A stretch of DNA of 64,000 bases, taken from the NCBI GenBank assembly GCA_024277025.1, contig JAJRWA010000024.1:1040-65039 (forward strand). Reading direction: 5' to 3'. A program made the translations under genes and the position numbers. The stretch is from Candidatus Krumholzibacteriota bacterium. GTDB lineage: Bacteria > Krumholzibacteriota > Krumholzibacteriia > LZORAL124-64-63. Below, piece by piece: positions 39,928 through 48,617 of this stretch; position 1 is the first letter of the stretch, and each line of letters starts with the position of its first letter. Below the pieces are notes generated by a model. It searched no databases and had not been told where the DNA came from. It saw nothing but the letters and a program-made list of their open reading frames with translations.

Positions 39928-40710
39928 TCAGCTCATGGCCAGCAGCACCTTGGCCAGTTGCCCCTCCATGCCCTCCATCAGGCCCAGGGCGACGGTCTTG
40001 AAGAAGACCAGGGACAGGCCGAACGTGATCAGGCCAACGGCGATTTTCACCGGAAACCCCACCACGAGCACGTTCAGCTGCGGAACCGTCTTGACGATGA
40101 CGCCCATCGAGGAGCTCACCAGCAGCAGGACCACGATGACCGGAGCGGCGATGCGCACGCCCGTGCTGAATATCGTGCTGTACTCCCTGAGCAAGTACCA
40201 AGCCCCTCCCGCGGCGTCCACGGGCCCGAAGGGCGGCAAGGCCACACAGGACTGGAACATGGCCCCGACCAGGATGTGATGCGCCCCGGTCGTGAAAAAG
40301 AGCATGATCGTCAGGATGTAGTAGAGCTGACTGATGACCGAGACCTGGGAGTTGGTCATGGGATCGAAGGCGTTGACGATCGAGAAGCCGATCTGCATGC
40401 CGGCCACCGAGCCGGCGAAGCGGACGGCCGTAAAAACGAGGTTGATGGTGAAACCGATCATGGCCCCGATCACCAGCGAGCGCAGCGCCTCGACCAGCAG
40501 CACCGACCAGCTGAAGTTCACCGCGCCGGTGGGCACCACGGCCCGCACCGCCGGCCCCAGCGCCGCCGCGAAGCAGAAGGCCATCCCCATGCGCCACAGC
40601 GGTGGTACCGACCGCATGTCCAGCATGGGCAGGGTGGCCGCCAGCACCGCGAAACGCAGAAAGAGCGCTGCGGTGATCGCCATCAGGGTGATGTCCAGAT
40701 CAAACTGCAC
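39928..40710 (-). CDS. fliR: flagellar export protein FliR
   Basis: AGSVAGMQIGFS, DPMTNSQVS, KTVPQLNVLVVGFPVK. Confidence 0.95.
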   Translation of the reverse strand: MQFDLDITLMAITAALFLRFAVLAATLPMLDMRSVPPLWRMGMAFCFAAALGPAVRAVVPTGAVNFSWSVLLVEALRSLVIGAMIGFTINLVFTAVRFAGSVAGMQIGFSIVNAFDPMTNSQVSVISQLYYILTIMLFFTTGAHHILVGAMFQSCVALPPFGPVDAAGGAWYLLREYSTIFSTGVRIAAPVIVVLLLVSSSMGVIVKTVPQLNVLVVGFPVKIAVGLITFGLSLVFFKTVALGLMEGMEGQLAKVLLAMS

Positions 40711-40718
40711 CAGGGCTC

Positions 40719-40982
40719 CTACATGTTGGCGATACGGGCGAACATGGCTTCGGTGAAGGCGGTCAGCTGGGCAATGGACCAGGGCAAGGTCAGGATCAGC
40801 ACGATGAACACCGTCAGGATCTTCGGCACGAAGGTCATGGTCATCTCGTTGATCTGGGTGGCCGCCTGGAAGATGCTGATCGTCAGCCCGACGATCATCC
40901 CGGCCAGCAGCATCGGGCCGGCCACGAAGACAACTGTGCGCATGGCGTACTGGCCGATTTCAATCACGGTTTCCGCTGTCAT
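40719..40982 (-). CDS. fliQ: flagellar export protein FliQ
   Basis: VGLTISIFQAATQINEMTMTFVPK. Confidence 0.96.
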   Translation of the reverse strand: MTAETVIEIGQYAMRTVVFVAGPMLLAGMIVGLTISIFQAATQINEMTMTFVPKILTVFIVLILTLPWSIAQLTAFTEAMFARIANM

Positions 40983-40999
40983 GAAGACGTCCTCTCGGC

Positions 41000-41830
41000 C
41001 TACTGAAAGGCCTGCACAAGGGATTTGACGACCAGGAACCACCCGTCGACCAGGACGAAGAGCAGAATCTTGAAGGGCAGGCTGATCAGCACCGGCGGCA
41101 GCATCATCATGCCCATGGACATCAGGACCGAGGCGACCACCATGTCGATGATCAGGAAGGGTATGAACAGGATGAAGCCCATCTGGAAGGCCGTCTTCAG
41201 TTCGCCCAGCACGAAGCTCGGGATGACGACCAGCATGGACAGTTCCTCCGGATCCGACGGCGCGTCGGTGTTGGTCAAGTCCAGGAACAGGGCCACGTCC
41301 TTCTCCCGGACCTGGCTGAGCATGAACTGCTTGAGGGGCACCTGGGCCCGCGCGAAGGCCTCTCCCTGCCCGATCTCCTCGTTCATGAAGGGCTGGATGG
41401 CGGTTGAATTCATCTCATTGAGGACAGGCGACATGACCACGATCGTCAGGAAGAGCGCCAGACCGATGATGATCTGGTTGTTGGGCGCCTGATTGGCGCC
41501 GATGGCCTGGCGCAGGAAACCCAGCACGATGACGATGCGCGTGAAGCTGGTCAGCAGGATCAGGAAGGCCGGCGCCAGCGAGAGAATCGTCATCAGGAGC
41601 AGGATCTTCAGGGCCGAGTCCATGCTCTTGGGCCCCTGAATGCCATCGAGCGTCAGGGTGACGGGCACAGGTGCGGCCGGTGTCAGGTCCACCGGCGTGA
41701 CAGCCGGTATGTCCTGGGCCACAGTCTGGGCGCGCACGGCGCCGGTCCCCAGCGAAAGGAACATCAGCACAAGCACCGCGCAGGCCGTGGCCGCGCTGAA
41801 CCAGGGGGTCTTTTTGACGGGCTGGGGCAA
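41000..41830 (-). CDS. fliP: flagellar export protein FliP
   Basis: TSFTRIVIVLGFLRQAIG, ELKTAFQMGF, MMMLPP, LPFKILLFVLVDGW. TTG at 41830 chosen because it lies downstream of the sigma-54 promoter. Confidence 0.96.
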   Translation of the reverse strand: MPQPVKKTPWFSAATACAVLVLMFLSLGTGAVRAQTVAQDIPAVTPVDLTPAAPVPVTLTLDGIQGPKSMDSALKILLLMTILSLAPAFLILLTSFTRIVIVLGFLRQAIGANQAPNNQIIIGLALFLTIVVMSPVLNEMNSTAIQPFMNEEIGQGEAFARAQVPLKQFMLSQVREKDVALFLDLTNTDAPSDPEELSMLVVIPSFVLGELKTAFQMGFILFIPFLIIDMVVASVLMSMGMMMLPPVLISLPFKILLFVLVDGWFLVVKSLVQAFQ

Positions 41831-41895
41831 GGCGTCTTCTTTCCGGAAGAGAGCAGTATTTGCCGGTTGGCGAGCCGGTCCTCTGCCGGACAATG

Positions 41896-41910
41896 GCAAT
41901 GCCCGTGCCA
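41896..41910 (-). promoter_or_regulatory. sigma-54 promoter upstream of fliP
   Basis: TGGCACGGGCATTGC, a full match to TGGCACG-N4-TTGC. Confidence 0.85.
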
Positions 41911-41959
41911 TCGTCCGCCGGCGAACCACGAGAATATGCTGGCCACAACTGCCATAGCA

Positions 41960-41992
41960 GGCAGTGGTTTAGCAGAGCAGAAAACCATTGCC
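41960..41992. promoter_or_regulatory. inverted repeat, candidate activator-binding site for the fliP promoter
   Basis: GGCAGTGGTTT-N11-AAACCATTGCC (10 of 11 paired), 50-82 bp upstream of the -24 box. Confidence 0.45.
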
Positions 41993-42048
41993 AAGCCTCA
42001 CCACCGACGGATGGCGGCGCGGTCCTGGGCTTTCTGGCAGGGAATCGG

Positions 42049-42483
42049 TCAGCGGCTGGTCAGGTCCGGAGCAGGAACGGCAGATTTTGCCGTCAGGCTG
42101 GGAAAGGGCAATCCGTTGGGGAAGAAGCGCTTCAGCCCCTGCGGCCCGTCGACCGTGCCGGCGGCCTGGCGCTGGGCTTCAAAATCGGCCAGCGGCTGCT
42201 GCTTGAGCAGCACCATGGCGTTCTCGTGGCGGTAGATGAAGTGGACTTCATCGCCCAGGCGCAGGACCTGGATTTCGCGCCGGGGGCCGAGCGGCCATAC
42301 TGTCACCAGGCTGGCCTCGGCGCTGCCCTGCCGGCGGTTCCACTTGCCCAGCAGCTTCAGGCTCAGCATCAGCAGACCGAAAACGGCCGCCAGGCCGCCC
42401 ATGGTCTGCCACCAGGTGGCCCCGCCGCCGCTGAACGCGGCATCGGCCGAAACGGCGGCCAGAAGGGTCGTGGCGCCGGTCAT
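42049..42483 (-). CDS. fliO: flagellar protein FliO
   Basis: TM segment, then VTVWPLGPRREIQVLRLG; between fliN and fliP; TGATG coupling with fliN. Confidence 0.8.
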   Translation of the reverse strand: MTGATTLLAAVSADAAFSGGGATWWQTMGGLAAVFGLLMLSLKLLGKWNRRQGSAEASLVTVWPLGPRREIQVLRLGDEVHFIYRHENAMVLLKQQPLADFEAQRQAAGTVDGPQGLKRFFPNGLPFPSLTAKSAVPAPDLTSR

Positions 42484-42869
42484 CACAGCACCCGCTTGAG
42501 GCGCTCAACCCGGTTGAGCAGCTTGGTGATCCGCACGGCAAAGTGATCGTCCACAACCACGACCTCGCCGGAGGCCAGCAGGGCGCCATTGACCAGGATG
42601 TCCACCGGTTCGCTGGTCTGGCGGCCCAACTCGACGACCGAGCCGGTCGACAGGTTCAGAACGTCGCGGAATTTCAACTGGGCGCGGCCCAGTTCCACGG
42701 AGATCTTCAGATTCACGTCCAGCAGCATGTCCAGATTGCCGGCCTGCCCCACTTCCGCACTCAGATCATCGAGCAGAGAGGCCGAGTCATCGTCGCTGGC
42801 CGGTCGGGTCGCCGCTTCCGCCGTGGCGACGGTCTGATCCTCCAGGGTCGTGTTCTCATCCAGGGACAT
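42483..42869 (-). CDS. fliN: flagellar motor switch protein FliN
   Basis: LDMLLDVNLKISVELGR, GEVVVVDDHFAVRI. Confidence 0.95.
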   Translation of the reverse strand: MSLDENTTLEDQTVATAEAATRPASDDDSASLLDDLSAEVGQAGNLDMLLDVNLKISVELGRAQLKFRDVLNLSTGSVVELGRQTSEPVDILVNGALLASGEVVVVDDHFAVRITKLLNRVERLKRVL

Positions 42870-42872
42870 GGT

Positions 42873-43916
42873 CTACTCCTTGTTCAACTGCTGAATCAAT
42901 TTGATGGCCCGGTGCTGTCCGACGCGGCCCGCGTCGCCCAACCAGGCTTCCTGGCCCTCTACCCGCACCGTCAGGGGAGCATCCACTGCCTGCGGCAGAT
43001 GGATGATATCCCCGACGGCGAGGTTGAGAACATCCTCCAGGTTTGTCGATATTTCGCCAAGACTGACAACAAGTTCACTGCCCGTGGTGCGCACCATGTT
43101 CAGGATCTTGCGGCGATCTTCGCGCAGCTCGTCCGGCGTGCGCAGCTCGATGGCGTCGCGGGGGTCGAAGATGTCCCGCACCGGTCCGAAGGCCGACAGG
43201 GGAATCGCCAGTTCGACCGGCCCTTCGACGGTATCGAGCTTGACCTCGAACTTGATCACGATGAGCGACTCGCCCTCGGCGATCCCGCTCAGATAGTTCG
43301 GATTGTTCTCCAGGCTGACGAATCCCGGCTCAAGCTGCACGAGGTTCGTGGCGCTCTTGCGGAAGATCTCGAGGAAACGTCCGACCAGTCCGGCGTTGAT
43401 CCCACGTTCGATCTCCGTGAACTCACGCACCGTATCCTCGGACACCGGGGCGCCGCCCATCAGCTTCTTCATGAAGACAAAGCACAGGCCCAGATCGATA
43501 TGCAGCAGCGAGTAGCCCTTGAGCGGGGCCAGGGTGACCATCGAGGCGCAGGTCGGATTGGGCAGTTCCTCCATGTACTCGCCGAAAGTGATCTGGTGCA
43601 GGCCCTTGTAATCAACCATGGCGGTCATGCGCAGCAGGCTGGTGAAGTCGATGCCACCGGTCTTGGCAAAATTCTCCGCGATGGACTGCAGGTTCTGCTC
43701 GAAGGCGCGCGAGATGTTGTGCGGGCGGTTGAAGTCGTAGGTCCGCGGCCCCTCGTCGGACAGTTCGGCATCCGAGCCGGCATTCAGAACCTCTTCGAGG
43801 TCCAGATCCAGGCCGTCCACTTCGCCGGCCAGGTCGGCCGCCGCACCGACAGCGGCATTGAGTTCGCTTTCCGCCAACGTGTTGTTGTCCATGCTGTTCA
43901 GATCTTCGGATGCCAC
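42873..43916 (-). CDS. fliM: flagellar motor switch protein FliM
   Basis: YDFNRP, KLMGG, REFTEIE, C-terminal SpoA domain LAVGDII; the N-terminal CheY-binding motif is degenerate. Confidence 0.9.
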   Translation of the reverse strand: MASEDLNSMDNNTLAESELNAAVGAAADLAGEVDGLDLDLEEVLNAGSDAELSDEGPRTYDFNRPHNISRAFEQNLQSIAENFAKTGGIDFTSLLRMTAMVDYKGLHQITFGEYMEELPNPTCASMVTLAPLKGYSLLHIDLGLCFVFMKKLMGGAPVSEDTVREFTEIERGINAGLVGRFLEIFRKSATNLVQLEPGFVSLENNPNYLSGIAEGESLIVIKFEVKLDTVEGPVELAIPLSAFGPVRDIFDPRDAIELRTPDELREDRRKILNMVRTTGSELVVSLGEISTNLEDVLNLAVGDIIHLPQAVDAPLTVRVEGQEAWLGDAGRVGQHRAIKLIQQLNKE

Positions 43917-43931
43917 ATTCAGCCTCGGTTT

Positions 43932-44453
43932 CTACTGGACGACCAAATCAGAGAAATAGACGTTCAACAGGGTGCCGGCCGGCATCTTGTCATTGATCCG
44001 GCGAAAGATCTCGTCCCGCAGCCCTTTCTTGCCTTCGGGCGAGGAAAGCTCGGCCGCCGTCTCGCTCGAAAGGGTCATGATCACGATGTCCCGCAGTTGA
44101 GGCAGGCGGGTGCCGACGATATCGGCCGTCAGTTGGTCCTTCACCTCGAGGCTCACGTTGATCCGCAGATAGCGCGGACGCTTCGGATCGCCGGCGAGCG
44201 TGACGATGATCTCCTGCAGGCCGACCAGCACCCCCAGCTCCGGCGCTTCGGCCTCCTGCTCGGCGACCGGCTGCTGCCCGGACATGTCCGCGTTCTGGAC
44301 GCCCAGGCGCGGTACGATCACGAACTGGGTCAGCCCGATGGCCACCAGCGCCTGCACGATCACGATGACCCCGAGCAGGACGGCCTTGTTCTCGAAAATG
44401 GGCAGCTTCGACTTGCCGCCCTCTTCAGTGACTTCGGGTTCTTTGTCGGCCAT
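43932..44453 (-). CDS. fliL: flagellar basal body-associated protein FliL
   Basis: Single TM, RYLRINVSL, PQLRDIVI, GKKGLRDEI, VYFSDLVVQ. Confidence 0.92.
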   Translation of the reverse strand: MADKEPEVTEEGGKSKLPIFENKAVLLGVIVIVQALVAIGLTQFVIVPRLGVQNADMSGQQPVAEQEAEAPELGVLVGLQEIIVTLAGDPKRPRYLRINVSLEVKDQLTADIVGTRLPQLRDIVIMTLSSETAAELSSPEGKKGLRDEIFRRINDKMPAGTLLNVYFSDLVVQ

Positions 44454-44469
44454 GTCAGGCTCCTTGCGG

Positions 44470-45327
44470 CTACTTATTGATGGGCAGGACGCCCAGTTTG
44501 CCGGTCACCGGGTTGATTATTGGTCGCACCGGCACTTTTTCTTGCTTCGCTGGCGCCGCAGTGGGCTCGATCTTCTCCAGTTGGATCGGCGACTCGGAGA
44601 AGGGCAGTTCCTTCTGGCGAACCAGGTCTTCACGGTTCAAATGCAGGAATATCTCCACCCGGCGGTTATTCTCGCGCCCCTCGGGCGTCGCGTTGTCTGC
44701 GATGGGGTGGAATTCCCCGTAGCCGGTGGCGGCAATCCGCTCTGGCGGCATGCCCGCACTTTGAAAGTATCGTGCCACAGTCACGGCCCGGGCCGCGGAA
44801 AGCTCCCAGTTGGACGGAAAGCGTCCCGAATTGATGGGGACGTTGTCGGTGTGGCCCTCGACTTCGATCTTGTAGGGGAATTTCGTGAAGAAACGGGACA
44901 TCTCGGTCAGGATGCCCTTGGGTTCCTCGGCCAGTTCGGCCCCGCCGGATTTGAAGAGGAAGGGCGCGTTCAGGCGGAACAGCACGCCGTCATCCCGCAC
45001 CTCCACGGCCACCTGCTTGTCCAGGTCCGCCTCCAGGATCGCCTTCTCGAGTTCACGCACCTCATACAGCACATCGGAGTCCTCTCCGCCGAATTCACTC
45101 TTGGGAATCAGGGGTTTGGCGAAGTCGATGACCGACTCGGGCGCCGCCAGGACGCCGAAGGCCACCTGCAGCGAATTGGCCGCCGCCTTGAACTTGGATT
45201 CCTGCATGGAGGAAAACGAGACGATCAGCACGAAGAAGGTCAGCAGCAGGCTCATCATGTCCCCGTAGGTCATGACCCAGTCGTCGAGCCCCTGTTTGAT
45301 GATGATGTTCTTCTTGCGCTTCGCCAC
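44470..45327 (-). CDS. motB: flagellar stator protein MotB
   Basis: WVMTYGDMMSLLLTFF with the conserved Asp; OmpA-like VEGHTD, NWELSAARA, NRRVEI. Confidence 0.95.
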   Translation of the reverse strand: MAKRKKNIIIKQGLDDWVMTYGDMMSLLLTFFVLIVSFSSMQESKFKAAANSLQVAFGVLAAPESVIDFAKPLIPKSEFGGEDSDVLYEVRELEKAILEADLDKQVAVEVRDDGVLFRLNAPFLFKSGGAELAEEPKGILTEMSRFFTKFPYKIEVEGHTDNVPINSGRFPSNWELSAARAVTVARYFQSAGMPPERIAATGYGEFHPIADNATPEGRENNRRVEIFLHLNREDLVRQKELPFSESPIQLEKIEPTAAPAKQEKVPVRPIINPVTGKLGVLPINK

Positions 45328-45376
45328 TGCGGGCCTCCCGGTGGGGACCGGATCGGTCAGTTCACCCGGTTACCGA

Positions 45377-46159
45377 TCAGGCCGCCTGTTCCTTCTTGGC
45401 GTCGATCTTCTCGCGCAGCGAAGGCGAGAGGAAGGACTTGAGTTTCTCTTCGACGATGCGCGGGCTGTCGCCGCTCTGAATGGCCATGATGCCGTCGATG
45501 ATCATGCCCTTGATCATCATCTCTTCCTTGGAGCGCGTCTCCAGTTTGCCCGACAGGGGCAGGAACAGGGCGTTGGCCAGCACCGCACCGTAGAAGGTCG
45601 TGATCAGGGCCGTGGCCATGCCGGCGCCGATCTGGGTGGGGTCTTCCAGGGAGGAGAGCATGTTCACCAGACCGATCAGGGTGCCGATCATGCCGAAGGC
45701 CGGCGCAAAGGTGCCACCGGCGGAGAGGACTTTGGCGCCCTCGCTGTGTCGGTTCTCGATCTGTTCCACGTCGGTTTCCAGGATCTTCTCAAGCAGTTGG
45801 GGGTCGGTGCCGTCGACGGCCAGACGCAGCCCCTTGCGCAGGAAGGCGTCGGTTTCGTTCTCCGAGTCCTCCTCCAGGGCCAGCATGCCCTCGCGGCGGG
45901 CGCGCTCGGCATACCGCACCATCTTGCCGATGACTTCGTCGGGATCATCGAGGGTGAACATGAAGGTCTTATTGAAGACGCCGGCCAGGCCCACGATGCG
46001 CTGCAGGGGGAAGTTGATCAGCAGGGCGCCGATGGTGCCGCCAATGACGACGGCGACCGACGGCATGTCGATGAACCCGCTCAGGCTGCCGCCCAGCAGA
46101 ATCGACCACACGATCAGGCCGAAGGCCAGCGCCATTCCGACTAGGGTTGCAATATCCAC
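45377..46159 (-). CDS. motA: flagellar stator protein MotA
   Basis: ARREGMLALE, APAFGMIGTLIGLV, TALITTFYG. Confidence 0.95.
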   Translation of the reverse strand: MDIATLVGMALAFGLIVWSILLGGSLSGFIDMPSVAVVIGGTIGALLINFPLQRIVGLAGVFNKTFMFTLDDPDEVIGKMVRYAERARREGMLALEEDSENETDAFLRKGLRLAVDGTDPQLLEKILETDVEQIENRHSEGAKVLSAGGTFAPAFGMIGTLIGLVNMLSSLEDPTQIGAGMATALITTFYGAVLANALFLPLSGKLETRSKEEMMIKGMIIDGIMAIQSGDSPRIVEEKLKSFLSPSLREKIDAKKEQAA

Positions 46160-46207
46160 GCGCGCGCTCCCTGTTCCCTGTCCTGCCCGCTCTCTTGCCG
46201 GGACATC

Positions 46208-46432
46208 CTATCCCTCGAAGACCGAACCGGTGCCGCCGGCGGGGACCGGATAGATCCGGGCCTTGGCCCGGTAGCCGACCGCCTTCCTGACGACCTAGTC
46301 CAGTTCCTCCAGCACCATGATCTTGCGGCCCGTGGTCAGGCTGATCAGCGTATCGGGTGTGCTTTCGATGAACTCGATGAGATCGGCGTTAACCACCAGT
46401 TCTCTCCCATTAAGTTTCGTAACTTTAATCAT
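46208..46432 (-). pseudogene. flbD: FlbD-family flagellar protein interrupted by an in-frame TAG at 46295-46297
   Basis: Manual translation: MIKVTKLNGRELVVNADLIEFIESTPDTLISLTTGRKIMVLEELD*VVRKAVGYRAKARIYPVPAGGTGSVFEG*. FlbD-like sequence continues past the stop; canonical position between flgE and motA; missed by the ORF track. Confidence 0.85.
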
Positions 46433-46467
46433 GAACTTTAGCTCCCAGACGGGGTTTTCCGGATTTA

Positions 46468-46500
46468 GCGGCCCGGAGTCCGAATTGGTCCCCGGGCCGC
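46468..46500 (-). terminator. hairpin downstream of flgE
   Basis: GCGGCCCGG...CCGGGCCGC 9-bp stem; no clear U-tract, so it may be a stabilising or processing stem. Confidence 0.35.
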
Positions 46501-46532
46501 ACAGAGGCCTTAACCCCTATCGCTGTCAGGAC

Positions 46533-48566
46533 CTACCGAACGAGATTCACCAGTTCCTGCATGACCTGGTCCGCTGTCGTGATCACCCGGCTGTTCGCCT
46601 GGAACGACCGTTGGGCCACCACGAGGTTCGTGAATTCCTTAGCCAGGTCCACATTGCTCGTCTCCAGAGCCCCCGGCACCAGGGAAATCCCGTTGCCGGC
46701 GCCGGCGAACATCTCGAAGGCCTGGCCGGAGTTGCCGCTGCGCCGATAGGTGTTGTTCGCGTCCCGGGTCAGTCCGTCGGCGTTGCTGAACGTCGCCATG
46801 CCGATCCGGGCTATGGACTGGGCCGTATCGTTGCTGAAGATGCCGGTGATGATGCCGGCCTGATCGATGTTGAAGTCGACCAGCGTGCCGGTGCCGTAGC
46901 CGTCGGCGATGGATTGCAGATTGCCGGAGCCTTCGAACTGGGTCAGTCCGGTCAGGGCGCCGATCTCACCGTAGTCGATCACCAGATCGACATTGGCCGC
47001 CCCCTCGGTCCCGGTCGCCTGGGGCTCGAACCGCAGGGTGCCGGAGCCGTCGTCGAAGCTGAAGTTGCTGATGGAACCGGTGTCGGTGAACCGCAGCCGG
47101 CCACTGCCGCCACTGAGGATGTTTTCACCGCCCTCCATGCTGGCCTGCCAGATCCATTCGTTCTCACCGGGCACCTTCTCGAACTCGAAGCTCACCGTGT
47201 GCTCGGTGCCCAGGCTGTCGTAAACGGTCGTGGCCATCGAGAAGTTTTTCTGGTCCGACGCCTGTTGGGTCTGGGTGAAGGCGAAGGCGTTCTCCAGGGC
47301 CGAATTGACGGCGCCGTCCTGGCTGACGGAGATGTCGCCGATAGCCGTCTCGGTGCCGACCTCGCCGCGCACCACAAGCTGGCCTTCGTCGTTGATCTCG
47401 ACCGGGTTCGAATTGATGTTCAGGCTGTACTGCACCGCATCGGCCAACTCGCCCAGGGTGGTGCCCGCGTTGACGGTGAACGGGCTCGGCGCCAGCTGCT
47501 CCACGCCGACCGAACCACCCAGGTTCAACGTCGTCGGAAACGTATCGAGGCCCAGGCTCGTGCCGGCGCTGTCGTACATTTCGCTCAGCAGGTCGCTGCT
47601 GTCGGCGTAGGCCCGGATCTCGCTGGACGCGGCCGTGGCCCCGTCGGCAATGGTCGCCGGGAAGGCGAAGTTCGTGTTGAACTGGGTCTTGCCCGTGACC
47701 GTCAGCGAGAAACCTTCGACATCACTGCCGTTGGGCGTTGCGGAGATGGCGCCGTTGGCATCCACGTTCAGTGACATGGAAAGTCCGGCGTTGGTCAGGG
47801 AAGTCTCCACGGAATCCAGCATCTGGCGCAGGGTCATGCCCTCGGTCACGGCAACACCCGTAGCGCCCAATGCCGTCCCGCCCACGCGTCCGTTGATACT
47901 GATCACGTCCCCGACGTTCAAGCCCAGGGCGCCGCTCGTCTCACCACTCAGCTCGGTCAGAATGTCACCGTCACCGGCGGCCACCAGGAACGACGGACTC
48001 TCCATGACGGTACCCTTGGCGTCGCTGGCGCTGTCCAGGTTGCCCATCAGCGAAACGGTCGTCGACGGCGCCGCCGGCACGACCAGACCCGGATCGATGA
48101 AGATGTCGCTCATCGGTCCGGTGCCGATATTGCCGTTGGCGTCGGCCATGATGCCCTGGACACGCAGACCGGTCGACGGATTGACCAGGACGTTCTCGCT
48201 GTCGAGGCCGAAGATCCCGGCCCGCGTGTAGACCCGGCTCGCGCCGTCACTGAGGATGAAGAAGCCCGGTCCCTGAATGGCCAGGTCCGTCTTCTTGCCC
48301 GTGGTCTGGAAGTTTCCCTGGGCGAAGTTCGTGTCGATGCTGCCGACACTCGTGCCCAGCCCGATCTGCTGGGGGTTGGTCCCACCGAGGCCACCGCTCA
48401 CCGGCCGACTGGCCGATTTGATGGTCTGGGTCAGCATTTCGTTGAACGTGACGCGGCCCGACTTGAAACCGGTCGTGTTGCTGTTGGCAATGTTATTGCC
48501 GATCACGTCCAGGTTGGTCAGGTTGGCGCCGAGGCCGGAAACGCCGGAGTAAAGGGACTTGAACAT
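46533..48566 (-). CDS. flgE: flagellar hook protein FlgE (long form, 677 aa)
   Basis: SLYSGVSG, IGNNIANSNTTGFK, TDLAIQGPGFF, YTRAG, LETSNVDLAKEFTNLVVAQRSFQANSR. Confidence 0.97.
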   Translation of the reverse strand: MFKSLYSGVSGLGANLTNLDVIGNNIANSNTTGFKSGRVTFNEMLTQTIKSASRPVSGGLGGTNPQQIGLGTSVGSIDTNFAQGNFQTTGKKTDLAIQGPGFFILSDGASRVYTRAGIFGLDSENVLVNPSTGLRVQGIMADANGNIGTGPMSDIFIDPGLVVPAAPSTTVSLMGNLDSASDAKGTVMESPSFLVAAGDGDILTELSGETSGALGLNVGDVISINGRVGGTALGATGVAVTEGMTLRQMLDSVETSLTNAGLSMSLNVDANGAISATPNGSDVEGFSLTVTGKTQFNTNFAFPATIADGATAASSEIRAYADSSDLLSEMYDSAGTSLGLDTFPTTLNLGGSVGVEQLAPSPFTVNAGTTLGELADAVQYSLNINSNPVEINDEGQLVVRGEVGTETAIGDISVSQDGAVNSALENAFAFTQTQQASDQKNFSMATTVYDSLGTEHTVSFEFEKVPGENEWIWQASMEGGENILSGGSGRLRFTDTGSISNFSFDDGSGTLRFEPQATGTEGAANVDLVIDYGEIGALTGLTQFEGSGNLQSIADGYGTGTLVDFNIDQAGIITGIFSNDTAQSIARIGMATFSNADGLTRDANNTYRRSGNSGQAFEMFAGAGNGISLVPGALETSNVDLAKEFTNLVVAQRSFQANSRVITTADQVMQELVNLVR

Positions 48567-48590
48567 GGGAATCCTCCTGGTTCTCTGTGT

Positions 48591-48610
48591 CCCCGGGCTG
48601 GTGCCCGGGG
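48591..48610. other. perfect 8-bp stem-loop between flgD and flgE
   Basis: CCCCGGGC-TGGT-GCCCGGGG. Confidence 0.5.
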
Positions 48611-48617
48611 GTCGTGT

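Noticed and set aside
36576-40001. 1141-aa plus-strand ORF, and similar long ones such as 11959-14871, 8700-10631, 17872-20094 and 57326-59491
   Set aside because: Antisense shadows of well-supported minus-strand genes in a high-GC genome; no recognisable motifs.
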